From Bacteroidia bacterium (GTDB lineage Bacteria > Bacteroidota > Bacteroidia > AKYH767-A > OLB10), in the NCBI GenBank assembly GCA_016788185.1, contig JAEUTF010000190.1, positions 3,733 to 67,732 on the forward strand: DNA of 64,000 bases. The letters run 5' to 3'. The position numbers were made by a program, and so were the translations under genes. The notes beneath the pieces are model-generated. The model saw nothing but the letters and a program-made list of their open reading frames with translations. It was not told the DNA's origin and made no database searches. Positions 47,589-58,755 of this stretch are shown piece by piece (the first letter of the stretch is position 1; every line of letters starts with the position of its first letter).

Positions 47589-48973
47589 GCTTTTTCCAAG
47601 AGAGTTTTAACGGGCAGTACCAATTGATCAATATCGCCGGCTCCCAGGGTCAGGAAAACCTCCGGCCGGCGCAGACGCAATTGCCGGATCAGTTCCTCCT
47701 TGCTAACCCTGTGCTTATCCGCAATGCTTACACGATCGAAGATAATGCCGGCATCCACACCGGCAATGGGCTCTTCCCTGGCCGGATAAATGTCGAGCAG
47801 ATAGAGGGTGTCGAGGAGGCTGAGGCTTTCTGCGAATCCTTCTGCAAAATCACGGGTACGGCTGTAGAGATGGGGCTGAAAGGCTCCGCATATTTTCCGG
47901 CCCGGATACAACTCACGGGCCGAGAGGATGGCGGCTTTCAACTCAGCGGGGTGATGGGCATAATCATCGATGTAGACCACATCCGGCCTTCTGACCTGGT
48001 ATTCAAAACGGCGTTGCACCCCTGCATAAGTGGCGAGTGCGTCCTTTAACGATACCAGGTCCACTCCGCGTTCGATCGCCAGGGCACTGGCCGCTACAGC
48101 ATTCTCCACATTGTGCCGCCCGGGAAGCCCAAGGGTCAGGTCTTCCAGCACATAGGCAGGAGTCACCAGATGAAAGTGATAACGTCCATCCCTCACCGTG
48201 ATATGATCAGCGGAATAATCGGCCTTCCGGTTATCGAGGCCATAGCTGAGGGGGCGGGCAGCGGCAGGTCCCGTGTCAAGACCGTATTTACGAAGGATGA
48301 AACCGTCCGGCTTCACCTGTGATGCAAAAGTCCGGTAGTTCCGGTGCATCTCCTCCTGGTTTCCGTAAATATCCAGGTGATCGGCATCCATCGAGGTGAT
48401 GATGGCCGCCTCCGGAAACAAAGTCAGGAAAGAACGGTCGAACTCATCCGCCTCCACCACGATTTCATGTGTATCGCCGGACAGATCTCCCAGCAGCAGA
48501 TTGGAGCCGAAATTGACACTGATGCCGCCGAGGAAGGCGCTTACATTGTGTCCGGCCACCTGAAGAATGTGTGCGAGAATCGACGAAGTAGTGGTTTTAC
48601 CGTGCGTACCGGCCACCGCAAAAGTGGTCTGCTGCGCCGTGATGAGGCCCAGCACCTCCGAACGCTTGAGTATGCGATAACCTTCGCTTCTGAAAAAACC
48701 AAGTCCGGTATGGTGCGGCGGAATCGCCGGCGTAAGCACAATCAGTGTCCCTTCCTTTTCGGCCGCAGATTTAAAGCGGGCCGGAATGCTGTCGACATCA
48801 TCATCAAAATGGATGTGCATTCCCTCCTTTCTCAGCGCATCGGTCAGCGGGGTGGAACTGCGGTCGTATCCGGCCACGGTTATTCCGGCCGCCAGAAAAA
48901 AACGGGCGAGGGCACTCATGCCGATTCCTCCTATTCCGAGGAAATACACCTGTTTAATGTCCTGCCGGTTCAT
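47585..48973 (-). CDS. murC: UDP-N-acetylmuramate--L-alanine ligase
   Basis: GIGGIGMSALA and GTHGKTTTSS motifs. ATG at 48973 (the track starts one codon upstream at GTG 48976). Confidence 0.95.
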   Translation of the reverse strand: MNRQDIKQVYFLGIGGIGMSALARFFLAAGITVAGYDRSSTPLTDALRKEGMHIHFDDDVDSIPARFKSAAEKEGTLIVLTPAIPPHHTGLGFFRSEGYRILKRSEVLGLITAQQTTFAVAGTHGKTTTSSILAHILQVAGHNVSAFLGGISVNFGSNLLLGDLSGDTHEIVVEADEFDRSFLTLFPEAAIITSMDADHLDIYGNQEEMHRNYRTFASQVKPDGFILRKYGLDTGPAAARPLSYGLDNRKADYSADHITVRDGRYHFHLVTPAYVLEDLTLGLPGRHNVENAVAASALAIERGVDLVSLKDALATYAGVQRRFEYQVRRPDVVYIDDYAHHPAELKAAILSARELYPGRKICGAFQPHLYSRTRDFAEGFAESLSLLDTLYLLDIYPAREEPIAGVDAGIIFDRVSIADKHRVSKEELIRQLRLRRPEVFLTLGAGDIDQLVLPVKTLLEKA

Positions 48974-48983
48974 CACGGTTCTT

Positions 48984-50099
48984 TTACTTTTTTACTAATT
49001 GTATGACTTCACGGGCGATATCCTGCGCCGCCAGGGGCCGGGCCAGAACCGACATGTTCTCCGCCAATGTCCTGCACAGTTCCTTGTCCTGTATCAGCTT
49101 CAAGGCTTCGTTCACCAGCCGTTGAGCAGTTTCGGCATCCGGCACCAGCAAGGCGGCCTGTCGCTCCACCAGGGCCAGGCAGTTTTTTGTCTGATGGTCT
49201 TCGGCCGCTGTGGGCAAAGGCACCATGATGGAAGGCTTGCGTACGATGCAAAGTTCCGATACCGTACTTGCTCCGGCCCGGGTGACCACCGCATCCGACA
49301 AGGCATAGGCCAGATCCATGCGTGAAATGAAATCCATTGCCTTGATTCGCTTGCTGTGGAGTTGCGCCACAGCCGCCTGTGCTTCCGGGCCAAAAAGTTT
49401 ACCGGTTTGCCAGAGCACCTGTATGCCTGCATTGTCCAGTTCCTTCAATCCGTCACGGATGGCCCTGTTGATACTTCTTGCGCCCTGGCTCCCTCCTACC
49501 ACCAGGAGGGTTGGCACATCCGGACTAAGCCCGAAAAAAGCGGCGGCTTCGCCGCGCTTTCCTTCTATCTGACGGATGTCCTCGCGGACGGGGTTGCCCG
49601 TGAAAACAATTTTTGCGGCGGGAAAGAAACGGTCCATCTGTTCATAGGCCACACAGATCTTAGCTGCACGCCGGGCCAGCAGCTTGTTGGTGATGCCGGG
49701 ATAGGAATTCTGTTCCTGGATAAGTGCGGGTATACCTTGCCGTGAGGCCATGTAAAGCAGGGGTCCGCTGGCATAGCCCCCGACTCCAACGGCCACGTCC
49801 GGTTTGAATTCCCGGATGATCGCCGCGGCTTTCCGGAGACTCCGGATCAGTTTAAACGGAAAAGAGAGATTGTCGAGACTGAGCTCCCGTTTGATGCCGG
49901 CAATGGGAAGACCCTGAATCGTATAGCCTGCCGCCGGCACTTTTTCCATCTCCATTTTTCCTTCCGCGCCTACAAAAAGTATATCGGTACTGCTGTCGAG
50001 AGCCTTCAGGGCATTGGCAATAGCAATGGCAGGAAAGATGTGCCCTCCGGTACCTCCTCCGCTGATGATAACACGGATATGTGAATCAGGCTGTGGCAA
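48984..50099 (-). CDS. murG: Undecaprenyldiphospho-muramoylpentapeptide beta-N-acetylglucosaminyltransferase
   Basis: VIISGGGTGGHIFPA motif. The only in-frame start before the motif is TTG at 50099, which overlaps the ftsW 3' end by 14 nt. Confidence 0.93.
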   Translation of the reverse strand: MPQPDSHIRVIISGGGTGGHIFPAIAIANALKALDSSTDILFVGAEGKMEMEKVPAAGYTIQGLPIAGIKRELSLDNLSFPFKLIRSLRKAAAIIREFKPDVAVGVGGYASGPLLYMASRQGIPALIQEQNSYPGITNKLLARRAAKICVAYEQMDRFFPAAKIVFTGNPVREDIRQIEGKRGEAAAFFGLSPDVPTLLVVGGSQGARSINRAIRDGLKELDNAGIQVLWQTGKLFGPEAQAAVAQLHSKRIKAMDFISRMDLAYALSDAVVTRAGASTVSELCIVRKPSIMVPLPTAAEDHQTKNCLALVERQAALLVPDAETAQRLVNEALKLIQDKELCRTLAENMSVLARPLAAQDIAREVIQLVKK

Positions 50100-51243
50100 G
50101 CTGAACGTTGCTTTCGTTTTCGGTTTTATCTATTTCACTGCTCACACTCAGGATGATGCCGAGTGCGGCACTGGTAAACCAGATGGAAGTACCGCCCATA
50201 CTCAGCATGGGCAGCGGTTGTCCCGTGACAGGAAAGAGATTGACGGCCACCGCCATGTTGATCATGGCCTGAAAGACCAGGCTGAAGGCACAGCCGATGG
50301 TGATCAGGGCCGCAAAGGCCCGTTCCGTTCGCTTAACTATCTGCAGGGCGCGGTAGAAGAGCAATAAATACAGAAACACCACGATGCCGCCTCCCAACAG
50401 ACCGTACTCCTCCACGATGATGGCAAAAATGAAATCCGAGTACGGATGCGGAAGGAAATTGCGTTGATCACTGTTGCCCGGACCTTTCCCGATCAACCCC
50501 CCGGTGGCAATGGCTATTTTGGCCTGCTGCACCTGGTAATTTCCCTCTTCTTCGCCGCCGCTGAAATTTTCAATTCGGGCTTTCCAGGTATCGATACGGC
50601 CTTCGTATCCGGTCAGATAAGCCACCAGCAGGAAGAGGCTGAAGAGTACCGTCGCGATGCCGATCATGGAGGCGATGTACTTCACGCTGATGCGTCCGAT
50701 GAACATCAGGATGATGCAGGTGGTGAAAAGTACCGCCGCGGTGGAGAAATTGGCCGGCAGGATGAGTCCGCACACTAAACCCACCGGAATGATGATGGGA
50801 ACAAATGCACTTTTGAAATCCTTGATGTTGTCCTGCTTCTTTGAGAGCATGCGGGCTACATACAGGATCAGGGCCACCTTGGCGAAGTCGGAAGTCTGGA
50901 AAGATAATCCGATGATGGGCAGGGTGAGCCAGCGGCTGGCTTCGTTGATATTGCTTCCTAAAAGCAGGGTCATGAAAAGCAGCGGGATGGCCACAATGAT
51001 TCCCATCGTGGCAATGCGGGCATAGAAGGTGTATTTCACGAAATGGCCACCGTACATCAGGGCGAAACCAAGCAACATGATGATGCCGTGCTTAAAAAGA
51101 TAGTACTCTGTATTTCCCGACTGGTACTTGTACGCCAGTGTACCGGTCGAACTATACACGGCAAGGATACTCATGATGCTGAGGAGGATCACGATTAACC
51201 AGATGGTACGGTCGCCTTTGAAATACGATTCAAGCCAGGTCAT
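50086..51243 (-). CDS. ftsW: FtsW/RodA/SpoVE-family peptidoglycan polymerase (FtsW by context)
   Basis: 10-TM SEDS protein (TDFIFAIIVEEYGLLGG, LPVTGQPLPMLSMGGTS), located between murD and murG. Confidence 0.9.
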   Translation of the reverse strand: MTWLESYFKGDRTIWLIVILLSIMSILAVYSSTGTLAYKYQSGNTEYYLFKHGIIMLLGFALMYGGHFVKYTFYARIATMGIIVAIPLLFMTLLLGSNINEASRWLTLPIIGLSFQTSDFAKVALILYVARMLSKKQDNIKDFKSAFVPIIIPVGLVCGLILPANFSTAAVLFTTCIILMFIGRISVKYIASMIGIATVLFSLFLLVAYLTGYEGRIDTWKARIENFSGGEEEGNYQVQQAKIAIATGGLIGKGPGNSDQRNFLPHPYSDFIFAIIVEEYGLLGGGIVVFLYLLLFYRALQIVKRTERAFAALITIGCAFSLVFQAMINMAVAVNLFPVTGQPLPMLSMGGTSIWFTSAALGIILSVSSEIDKTENESNVQLATA

Positions 51244-51267
51244 GGTGTGGAGATTGAATTCCGGTGA

Positions 51268-52614
51268 TTAAAGTGTACGAACCGCCGCCTTGAATTTGCG
51301 ACCGCGATCTTCATAATTTTCAAAGAGATCAAAGCTGGCGCAGGCGGGGGAAAGCAGGACGGCATCTCCCTTCTTACCCAAACGGTAGGCGGCCTGCACC
51401 GCTTCCTCGGCCGAGGCCGTTTCCACAATCACCGGAACAAGATCACGGAATGCATCCACAATCTTTTTGTTGTCGGCACCCATGCACACGAGTGCTTTCA
51501 CGCGTGATTCCACCAGCTCTTTCAGCATGTCGTAATCGTTGCCTTTGTCGACACCGCCGGCAATCCAGATGGTGGGCTTGTCCATACTTTCCAGCGCATA
51601 CCAGGTGGAATTCACATTGGTGGCCTTTGAATCATTGATGAAATCGATTCCATGAACAGAACTGACAAATTCCAGCCGGTGCTCGATGTTTTCAAAGTCA
51701 GAGAAACTTTCGCGTACAAGGTCTTTACGAATGTCGAGGATGCGGCCTGCGATACCGGCAGCCATCGAATTGTAAAGGTTGTGTTTACCCTGGAGGGCCA
51801 GATCATGGATCGACATAGAGAAGTGTTGGTTATTGGTTTGAATACAGAGTAGTTCGTTCTCAAGCCATGCACTCATGCCTTCCTTCTTTTTGATGCTGAA
51901 AGGAAAGCATTGCATGACGGGATTAATTTTTTCCATCTGCTGCAGGGTGAGCTCATCGTCGGCGCAGTAGATGAAGGCGTCCTCCGGACGCTGGTTTTGT
52001 AAAATCCTGAACTTTGATGCGATGTAATTGCTTAACTGGTAATCGTAGCGGTCGAGGTGATCAGGTGTAATGTTGGTCAGGATACCGATATCGGCTCTGA
52101 AGTCGTAACAGCCATCCAGCTGGAAACTGGAAAGTTCAAGCACGTAATAATCCATTTCGGATTCGGCTACCTGCCGGGCGAAACTCCTTCCTACATTGCC
52201 GCCCAGGCCTACCTTGAGCCCTGCTTTGCTCAGCAGATGATGGGTAAGCAGCGTGGTGGTGGTTTTCCCGTTGGTACCTGTGATGCATATCATCCGGGCA
52301 TTGGTGTGTTTGCCGGCAAATTCAATTTCCGAGATTACCGGAATGCCCGCCGCTTTCAAGGCCTTCACCGGCGCTGCCTTGTCCGGAATACCCGGACTCT
52401 TTACGGCCAGGGTAGCCTCCAGCAAGCGGCTTTCGGTATGCTGACCTTCTTCGAAAGGAATGCCGCGCTCCTGCAACTCTGCTTTGTACTTGTCCGCAAT
52501 CCGGCCTGCATCCGATACGAAAACCTCAAGTCCCAGCTGCCGGGCCAGAATAGCGGATCCGACACCGCTTTCAGCAGCACCCAGAATCACCATCTTTTCG
52601 TTACGGATTGTCAT
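51268..52614 (-). CDS. murD: UDP-N-acetylmuramoylalanine--D-glutamate ligase
   Basis: N-terminal Rossmann fold (ILGAAESGVGSA) and the Mur ligase P-loop [11 protein letters not shown]. Confidence 0.95.
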   Translation of the reverse strand: MTIRNEKMVILGAAESGVGSAILARQLGLEVFVSDAGRIADKYKAELQERGIPFEEGQHTESRLLEATLAVKSPGIPDKAAPVKALKAAGIPVISEIEFAGKHTNARMICITGTNGKTTTTLLTHHLLSKAGLKVGLGGNVGRSFARQVAESEMDYYVLELSSFQLDGCYDFRADIGILTNITPDHLDRYDYQLSNYIASKFRILQNQRPEDAFIYCADDELTLQQMEKINPVMQCFPFSIKKKEGMSAWLENELLCIQTNNQHFSMSIHDLALQGKHNLYNSMAAGIAGRILDIRKDLVRESFSDFENIEHRLEFVSSVHGIDFINDSKATNVNSTWYALESMDKPTIWIAGGVDKGNDYDMLKELVESRVKALVCMGADNKKIVDAFRDLVPVIVETASAEEAVQAAYRLGKKGDAVLLSPACASFDLFENYEDRGRKFKAAVRTL

Positions 52615-52617
52615 GTG

Positions 52618-53874
52618 TTATCTCAGTTTCAGCGTCACCACACTCAGGACCGCCAGCATGATGCCTACAATCCAGAAGCGGGTCACAATTTTTGATTCGT
52701 GATAGCCGAGTTTCTGGTAATGGTGGTGCAAGGGCGACATGCGCAGGATGCGTCGTCCCTCACCGTATTTTTTCCTGGTGTATTTGAAGTAACTTACCTG
52801 CATCATCACCGAGAGGTTCTCTACGAGGAAGATGCCGCAGATGATCGGAATCAGCAGCTCTTTACGGATGGCAATGGCAAAAACCGCAATGATGCCGCCC
52901 AGGGCCAGGCTTCCGGTGTCGCCCATGAATACCTGCGCCGGATAAGAATTGTACCATAGAAACCCAACGCAGGCCCCGACAAAGGCACTCATGAAGACCA
53001 TGAGTTCGCCGGTGTTGGGGATGTACATGATGTTCAGGTAATCGGCAAATACGGTGTTGCCCGACACGTAGGCGAAGATGGCCAGCGTGGTGCCGATGAT
53101 GGCGCTGGTACCGGTGGCCAGGCCGTCAATACCATCGGTGATGTTGGCACCGTTGGATACGGCGGTGATGATGAATGTGACAATCAGTATAAACAGCAGC
53201 GGAAGCATCCACGACTTCTGGTCACCGGCCCAGCCGATCAGCTCTGCATAATCGAATTCGTTGTTTTTCAGAAAGGGGATGGTGGTCTTGGTCGATTTCT
53301 CGTTCACACCCGAAAAAATGACGCCTTCGGAATTATCGAGGTCGTCAATCACATTGCTTTGCTGCTTCACGACGATGTGTGAGGCATCCACTTTCTCCCG
53401 TACCACCACGTTAGGATTGAAATAAAGTACCGCGCCGATGATGAGGCCAAGCCCCACCTGCCCCACCAGCTTTGATTTGGCCCTCAGGCCTTCTTTATCC
53501 TTTTTAAAAACCTTGATGTAATCATCGAGGAATCCGATGAAGCCCAGCCAGAGTGTGCTGATGATCATGATGATGATGTACACATTGTCGAGGCGCGTGA
53601 AAAGAAGTGTAGGAATCAGGATGGCGGCAATGATGATGAGTCCGCCCATGGTGGGGGTTCCCTGTTTCTGCTTTTGACCTTCCAGTCCGAGATCCCGTAT
53701 GGTTTCCCCTACCTGCAGGCGCAGCAGCTGACGGATAATTCCCTTTCCCAGAAAGAGGGTAATCACCAGGGAGGTGATGATGGCCATCGCCGCACGGAAG
53801 GACAGGAAGCGGAACACCCCGGCTCCGGGGAAGTCGTAGGTCTTATCGAGGTAATCAAAGAGATAATAGAGCAT
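52618..53874 (-). CDS. mraY: Phospho-N-acetylmuramoyl-pentapeptide transferase
   Basis: [21 protein letters not shown] and PLHHH motifs. Polytopic membrane protein. Confidence 0.97.
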   Translation of the reverse strand: MLYYLFDYLDKTYDFPGAGVFRFLSFRAAMAIITSLVITLFLGKGIIRQLLRLQVGETIRDLGLEGQKQKQGTPTMGGLIIIAAILIPTLLFTRLDNVYIIIMIISTLWLGFIGFLDDYIKVFKKDKEGLRAKSKLVGQVGLGLIIGAVLYFNPNVVVREKVDASHIVVKQQSNVIDDLDNSEGVIFSGVNEKSTKTTIPFLKNNEFDYAELIGWAGDQKSWMLPLLFILIVTFIITAVSNGANITDGIDGLATGTSAIIGTTLAIFAYVSGNTVFADYLNIMYIPNTGELMVFMSAFVGACVGFLWYNSYPAQVFMGDTGSLALGGIIAVFAIAIRKELLIPIICGIFLVENLSVMMQVSYFKYTRKKYGEGRRILRMSPLHHHYQKLGYHESKIVTRFWIVGIMLAVLSVVTLKLR

Positions 53875-53876
53875 GT

Positions 53877-55334
53877 TCAGCAGAGTTCAAATGATTCTTC
53901 CAGCACCTGTACGTCATCAAAAGGGTATTTCACGCCCTTGATCTCCTGGTACTTTTCATGTCCTTTTCCGGCCAGCAGAATGATATCGCCGGGTTTGGCC
54001 AGTGCGCAGGCGGTGCGTACGGCCTCACGCCGGTCCGTTACCGACAATACCTTTTTCATGTGATGCGGGGCCAGTCCCTCCTTCATCTGGGCGATGATAC
54101 TGTCAGGATCCTCACTGCGTGGATTGTCCGAAGTAAAAATCACCCGGTCACTGTTTTCGCAGGCTATGGCAGCCATTTGGGGCCGCTTCCCTGCATCGCG
54201 GTCTCCACCGCAGCCGATGATGGTAATGACCTGTTCATTGCCCTGCCGTATATCACCGATCGTCTGCAACACGTTCAGCAAGGCATCGGGCGTATGGGCA
54301 TAATCGATTATTCCGGTTACTCCGTGGGCGCTGTTGATGCGTTGAAACCTTCCTTCGGGAGCCGTGAGGGTGCTGAGGGCAGTAAGCACGTGCAGCCTTT
54401 CCTCGCCCAGCATCATGGCCGTGGCGTAAACGGCCAGCAGGTTATAGGCATTAAAGAATCCAGAAAGCCTGCACACCACATCGTGCCCGTCGATGCTGAG
54501 CATCAGTCCGGCGAGGGTGCTTTCCATGACCCTGGCCTTATAATCCGCCACCCCGGTCATGCTGAAGGTCCTGACCTGCGCGCGCGTGTTCTGAACCATG
54601 ATTTTATGGTTGCGGTCGTCTGCGTTCAGCAGGGCGAAGGCTTCGGCAGGGAGCATGTCAAAGAAACCCTTCTTCGCCCGGATGTATTCATCAAAAGTTT
54701 TGTGGTAATCGAGGTGATCGCGCGAGATATTGGTGAACACGCCGCCTTTAAACTGCAGGCTGCTGACACGGTGCTGCACCACGGCATGGGAACTTACTTC
54801 CATAAAACAATGTGTGCATCCGGCCTCTGCCATTTTGGATAGCAGGGCATTCAGCTGCAAGGGATCCGGGGTGGTGTGGGTGGCGGGAATTTCCAGATCA
54901 TTCACCAGGTTACGGACCGTACTGATCAATCCGGTTTTGTAACCAAGCTGCCTGAACAGGCTGTGCAGGAGCGTTACGGTGGTGGTTTTACCGTTGGTGC
55001 CGGTCACACCGATGAGGCTGAGCCGGGCGGACGGATGATCGTAGTAATTGGCCGCGATGATGGCCAGCGCCAGGGACGTATCCTTCACCCGTATATAGGT
55101 AATGCCGGAGATTGGCTCCGCAGGCATCTCTTCGCAAAGGATCGCCACCGCACCCCTGGCTATCACGTCGCTGATAAAATCATGGCCATCGCTCCGCGTT
55201 CCCCGCACCGCCACAAACAGGCTGCCCTCTCCCGCCTGACGGGAATCAAAACATACTTTCTCGATAGAGATAGTGGTACTTCCACTTACCTCCTCGATGC
55301 CGGTCTTGTAAAGAAGATCGCTGAGTATTTTCAT
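53877..55334 (-). CDS. murE: UDP-N-acetylmuramoyl-L-alanyl-D-glutamate--2,6-diaminopimelate ligase
   Basis: [12 protein letters not shown]-loop and the DAP-type DNPRSEDP motif. Confidence 0.95.
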   Translation of the reverse strand: MKILSDLLYKTGIEEVSGSTTISIEKVCFDSRQAGEGSLFVAVRGTRSDGHDFISDVIARGAVAILCEEMPAEPISGITYIRVKDTSLALAIIAANYYDHPSARLSLIGVTGTNGKTTTVTLLHSLFRQLGYKTGLISTVRNLVNDLEIPATHTTPDPLQLNALLSKMAEAGCTHCFMEVSSHAVVQHRVSSLQFKGGVFTNISRDHLDYHKTFDEYIRAKKGFFDMLPAEAFALLNADDRNHKIMVQNTRAQVRTFSMTGVADYKARVMESTLAGLMLSIDGHDVVCRLSGFFNAYNLLAVYATAMMLGEERLHVLTALSTLTAPEGRFQRINSAHGVTGIIDYAHTPDALLNVLQTIGDIRQGNEQVITIIGCGGDRDAGKRPQMAAIACENSDRVIFTSDNPRSEDPDSIIAQMKEGLAPHHMKKVLSVTDRREAVRTACALAKPGDIILLAGKGHEKYQEIKGVKYPFDDVQVLEESFELC

Positions 55335-57430
55335 TAACTGAGTTCGATGATGATCTGCTGGCCTTTCAGGAGTTTCGTTCCGGGTTTGATCGATTGGCGA
55401 ACGACCGAACCGCGGCCCAGCGGCTTTACCTGGAGGCCCTGGCTTTCGAGGAGGTACAATGCATCACGGAGTCCCATACCCGTTACATTGGGTACAGTTT
55501 CGTCTTCCGGCGTGAAGGGTTGTTGCCGGGACGTGGTCCAGCCGTTGGCCGGTCCTCCGTATTCTATTTTTAATCCCTTGCTGACTTTCGCGGCCGGGAA
55601 CGCACGGCCGGCTTTCAGGGGAGGAAATCCTGCAAACAGGGAGTCGGGTACCGCTTCCAGCTCTTTGTGCATCTGTATGTCGAGGGCGTACACCTTGTCC
55701 GCAATGTCTTTAAATACCGGACAGGCAATGGATGCGCCGTAATAAACGTCCTTGCCCGGTGCATACACCACGACGATGCAGGAGTAGCGGGGATTGTCAG
55801 CGGGGAAATATCCACAGAAGGAGGCCTGGTACTTGACCTTCCCGTTTTTATAGCCGTCCTTTCCCTGTGCGATCTGGGCCGTCCCGGTCTTGCCGGCAAT
55901 GCTGTACTGGGCATGCTTAATGTGTGAAGCGGTACCGGTGGTCACCACCTCTTCCAGCATGCGCCTTGCTTTTTCAATAGTGGCCGCCGAACAAATGCTG
56001 TCGGACACCACCTTGGTCTGGAAGGTCTTCAGCACCTTGCCCTTGTTTCGTATTTCTCTCACAAAAAGCGGCTGCACCATTTTACCGTTATTGGCCACCG
56101 CATTGTAAAAGGTGAGCAGTTGTAGCGGTGTCAGGCGTGATTCATACCCGATGGAGAGAAAAGGCAAGGACACTTTCGACCAGTCTTTGTCGCGGGTATC
56201 TTTCAGCCGGGGAACCGATTCACCGGGCAACTGCAGGGAAAGCGGCTCCGCCACGTGCATGGAACGCAAGCGGTCAATAAACTGCTGCGGATTCCGGCTG
56301 TAGTATTTCATGGCGATTCTTGAAATGCCCACGTTGGAGGATACTGCGAAGGCCTTCTTCACGCTGACCCTGCCGTACCCGCCTTCGTGCGAATCCCTCA
56401 TTTTGATGCCTCCCGCCAGGAGCATCTCTCCGCCAAAAGTGTCGGTGCTGTCATCAAGATCCACATAACCGTCTTCCATGGCGGCCATCAGGGTGGCCAG
56501 CTTGAAGGTAGAGCCGGGCTCCGTACCCTGTCCGATGGCATAGTTGTAATCTTCACGGTAGGTATCGTCATCGCCGGCGCGCTTGAGATTGGCAATGGCC
56601 TTCACATGGCCGGTGGCTACTTCCATGAGGATGGCGCAACCCATGTCGGCATCGTGCTCCTGCAGCTGGCGAAGCAGCGCATTTTCCGCCACGTCCTGCA
56701 AATTCAGATCAATGGTGGTGATGACGTCGCTGCCGTCTTGGGGCTCAATTTCATTCTCGGTATTCACCGGCTTCCAAACGTTGCCGGCTATACGCTGCAT
56801 CAGGCGTTTGCCTGTGGTGCCCCGGAGGCTTTCATCAAAAGCGCCTTCAATACCCACCGACTCCACGTCTTTGTTCGCCATTTTATAACCGATGGTACGG
56901 GAGGCCAGCAGCTTGAAGGGCTTTTCACGGCGGCTGAGCTGGTCGATGATGAGGCCACCCTTATTTTTCCCCAGCCTGAACAGCGGGAAGGTACGCAGGG
57001 CTTTCTGTTCCTTGAAGGACACATTGCGCTTCAGCAGGAAATAGCGATCGCCCTCGCGACGGCCCTCTTTCAGAAGGCGCTTGTATTCATTCTTTGATTT
57101 ATCCCTGAACAACTGCGAAAGGCAAAGGGCCAGCGAGTCGACCTGCTCGTTGAAAACATCGTTCTTCAGCCCGGATGCTTTCAGGTCAATGTGCACATCG
57201 TAACGCGGCAGGGATGTAGCCAGCAGACTTCCATCGCTGGCATAAATATTTCCGCGCATCGGCGGGATGGTATGGTAGCTGAGTGTCAGACTGTCGGCTT
57301 TACTCTTCCAGTATTCACCTTCTGCAAACTGGAGGTAGCCCACCCGGCTCAGAATCGCGATGCCAAAGAGGATGAACCCGGCAAAGACCAGGTAACTCCT
57401 TTTTAAAATATCTGATTTTCTTTCAGCCAC
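55334..57430 (-). CDS. ftsI: Penicillin-binding protein 3 / FtsI transpeptidase with C-terminal PASTA domain
   Basis: SxxK (GSTFK), SxN (SSN) and KTG(T) motifs. N-terminal TM anchor. C-terminal VPNVTGMGLRDALYLLESQGLQVKPLGRGSVVRQSIKPG is PASTA-like. GTG start. Confidence 0.9.
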   Translation of the reverse strand: MAERKSDILKRSYLVFAGFILFGIAILSRVGYLQFAEGEYWKSKADSLTLSYHTIPPMRGNIYASDGSLLATSLPRYDVHIDLKASGLKNDVFNEQVDSLALCLSQLFRDKSKNEYKRLLKEGRREGDRYFLLKRNVSFKEQKALRTFPLFRLGKNKGGLIIDQLSRREKPFKLLASRTIGYKMANKDVESVGIEGAFDESLRGTTGKRLMQRIAGNVWKPVNTENEIEPQDGSDVITTIDLNLQDVAENALLRQLQEHDADMGCAILMEVATGHVKAIANLKRAGDDDTYREDYNYAIGQGTEPGSTFKLATLMAAMEDGYVDLDDSTDTFGGEMLLAGGIKMRDSHEGGYGRVSVKKAFAVSSNVGISRIAMKYYSRNPQQFIDRLRSMHVAEPLSLQLPGESVPRLKDTRDKDWSKVSLPFLSIGYESRLTPLQLLTFYNAVANNGKMVQPLFVREIRNKGKVLKTFQTKVVSDSICSAATIEKARRMLEEVVTTGTASHIKHAQYSIAGKTGTAQIAQGKDGYKNGKVKYQASFCGYFPADNPRYSCIVVVYAPGKDVYYGASIACPVFKDIADKVYALDIQMHKELEAVPDSLFAGFPPLKAGRAFPAAKVSKGLKIEYGGPANGWTTSRQQPFTPEDETVPNVTGMGLRDALYLLESQGLQVKPLGRGSVVRQSIKPGTKLLKGQQIIIELS

Positions 57431-57442
57431 CTCTGTTTCGCT

Positions 57443-57844
57443 TTAGTTGCGGGTTTTAGTTTTCAGGAGAATTTTACGCGGCGCCATGGTCGACTCCTTC
57501 ACGCCCTTGGATTGAATGGCGGCCGCTACTTCGGTCAGTTTGGAACGGTACATCAGTTCGTTGCGCGCGGTAATGAATTCGGCACGGAGTTCTTTCAGCT
57601 CCCTTGTGGTACGATCGATATCACGGATCGTTTTCTCAGCATAATAGCTGTTGCCGATGTACACCAGCGCCAGCAGAAAGAGAAAAAACAGGTAGGGCAT
57701 AAAACTCATCACCGCCTTACGGTCGAAATAGCCAAACACATTCACCACACGGATGAAGGTGCGTGCCGCATTCTCGCCGGATGGCTTTCTGACGGCCGGC
57801 TGCGTTTCCGCTGCTTCCTGCCGGGGCTGTCGGATTTTGTTCAT
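57443..57844 (-). CDS. FtsL-like cell division protein
   Basis: Bitopic small protein with a TM helix (MSFMPYLFFLFLLALVYIG) followed by a coiled-coil (TRELKELRAEFITARNELMY). Located between rsmH and ftsI, with an ATGA overlap with rsmH. Confidence 0.7.
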   Translation of the reverse strand: MNKIRQPRQEAAETQPAVRKPSGENAARTFIRVVNVFGYFDRKAVMSFMPYLFFLFLLALVYIGNSYYAEKTIRDIDRTTRELKELRAEFITARNELMYRSKLTEVAAAIQSKGVKESTMAPRKILLKTKTRN

Positions 57845-58755
57845 AGTCGTTCGGCAATACGCATTTTTGCGCTGCGGGAGCGCGGGTTCATCTCCACTTC
57901 TTCGGGCGAAGGCTCCACCGGTTTACGGGTGAGTGATTTAAACAGAAGGCCGGTACTGTGACCGAAAAGGTCTTTGTGCAATTCGCCCTCGAAATTCCCG
58001 GTATTCAGGTAGTTTTTTACGAGGCGATCCTCCAAACTATGGTAGGAGATTACCACCAGGCGTCCGCCTTTCCGCAGCACCTTAGCCGACTGCTGCAGCA
58101 AATCGCGCAGCGCCGACAGTTCATCGTTCACCTCAATCCGCAACGCCTGGAACAATTGTGCATAGAAGGTGTTTTCCTTTGTACGTGGCGCAAACTTCAT
58201 GACCACCTGACGCAACTCACCGGACGTATTGATGAATTGCCGGCCCCTCTGCAGAACTATCTCGGCGGCCACCCGGCGGGAGGCAGCCAGTTCTCCGTAT
58301 TCACGGAAAATGCGGGTGAGTTCGGGCTCCGGATAATAATTGATCACGTCTTTCGCGGTGAGCGATTGCGACTGATCCATGCGCATGTCGAGCACGGCGT
58401 CAAAACGGATGGAAAAACCGCGCTCCGCCACATCAAACTGGTGCGAGGACACGCCGAGGTCGGCCAGGATGCCATCCACCGGCACCGCACCCATTTCCTC
58501 CAGTCGCACCGCAAGATTTCTGAAATTATCAGGCACCAGCGTAAATCGCGTATCTGCATGAACGTTATCCTGTGCATCCTTGTCCTGATCGAAGGCGACC
58601 AGTTTCCCCTGACCCAGCTTCGACAAAATAAGCGCTGAGTGTCCGCCACCGCCGAACGTCACATCCACATACGTGCCTTCCGGAACGATCATCAGACCAT
58701 CCACCGCAGCATCGAGCAGCACCGGCTTATGATATGTCACGCCCCGCACCTCCAA
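57841..58755 (-). CDS. rsmH: 16S rRNA (cytosine1402-N4)-methyltransferase
   Basis: YHKPVLL, DVTFGGGGHS and DLGVSSHQFD motifs. The start is ambiguous (ATG 58755 or downstream GTGs) and overlaps the mraZ 3' end. Confidence 0.95.
   Translation of the reverse strand: MEVRGVTYHKPVLLDAAVDGLMIVPEGTYVDVTFGGGGHSALILSKLGQGKLVAFDQDKDAQDNVHADTRFTLVPDNFRNLAVRLEEMGAVPVDGILADLGVSSHQFDVAERGFSIRFDAVLDMRMDQSQSLTAKDVINYYPEPELTRIFREYGELAASRRVAAEIVLQRGRQFINTSGELRQVVMKFAPRTKENTFYAQLFQALRIEVNDELSALRDLLQQSAKVLRKGGRLVVISYHSLEDRLVKNYLNTGNFEGELHKDLFGHSTGLLFKSLTRKPVEPSPEEVEMNPRSRSAKMRIAERL

Noticed and set aside
53874-53877. A possible deletion of murF at the murE-mraY junction.
   Set aside because: The junction is only 2 nt with intact flanking genes. 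Absence of murF from the dcw cluster is, to my knowledge, the usual Bacteroidota arrangement, so it is not evidence of a lesion.
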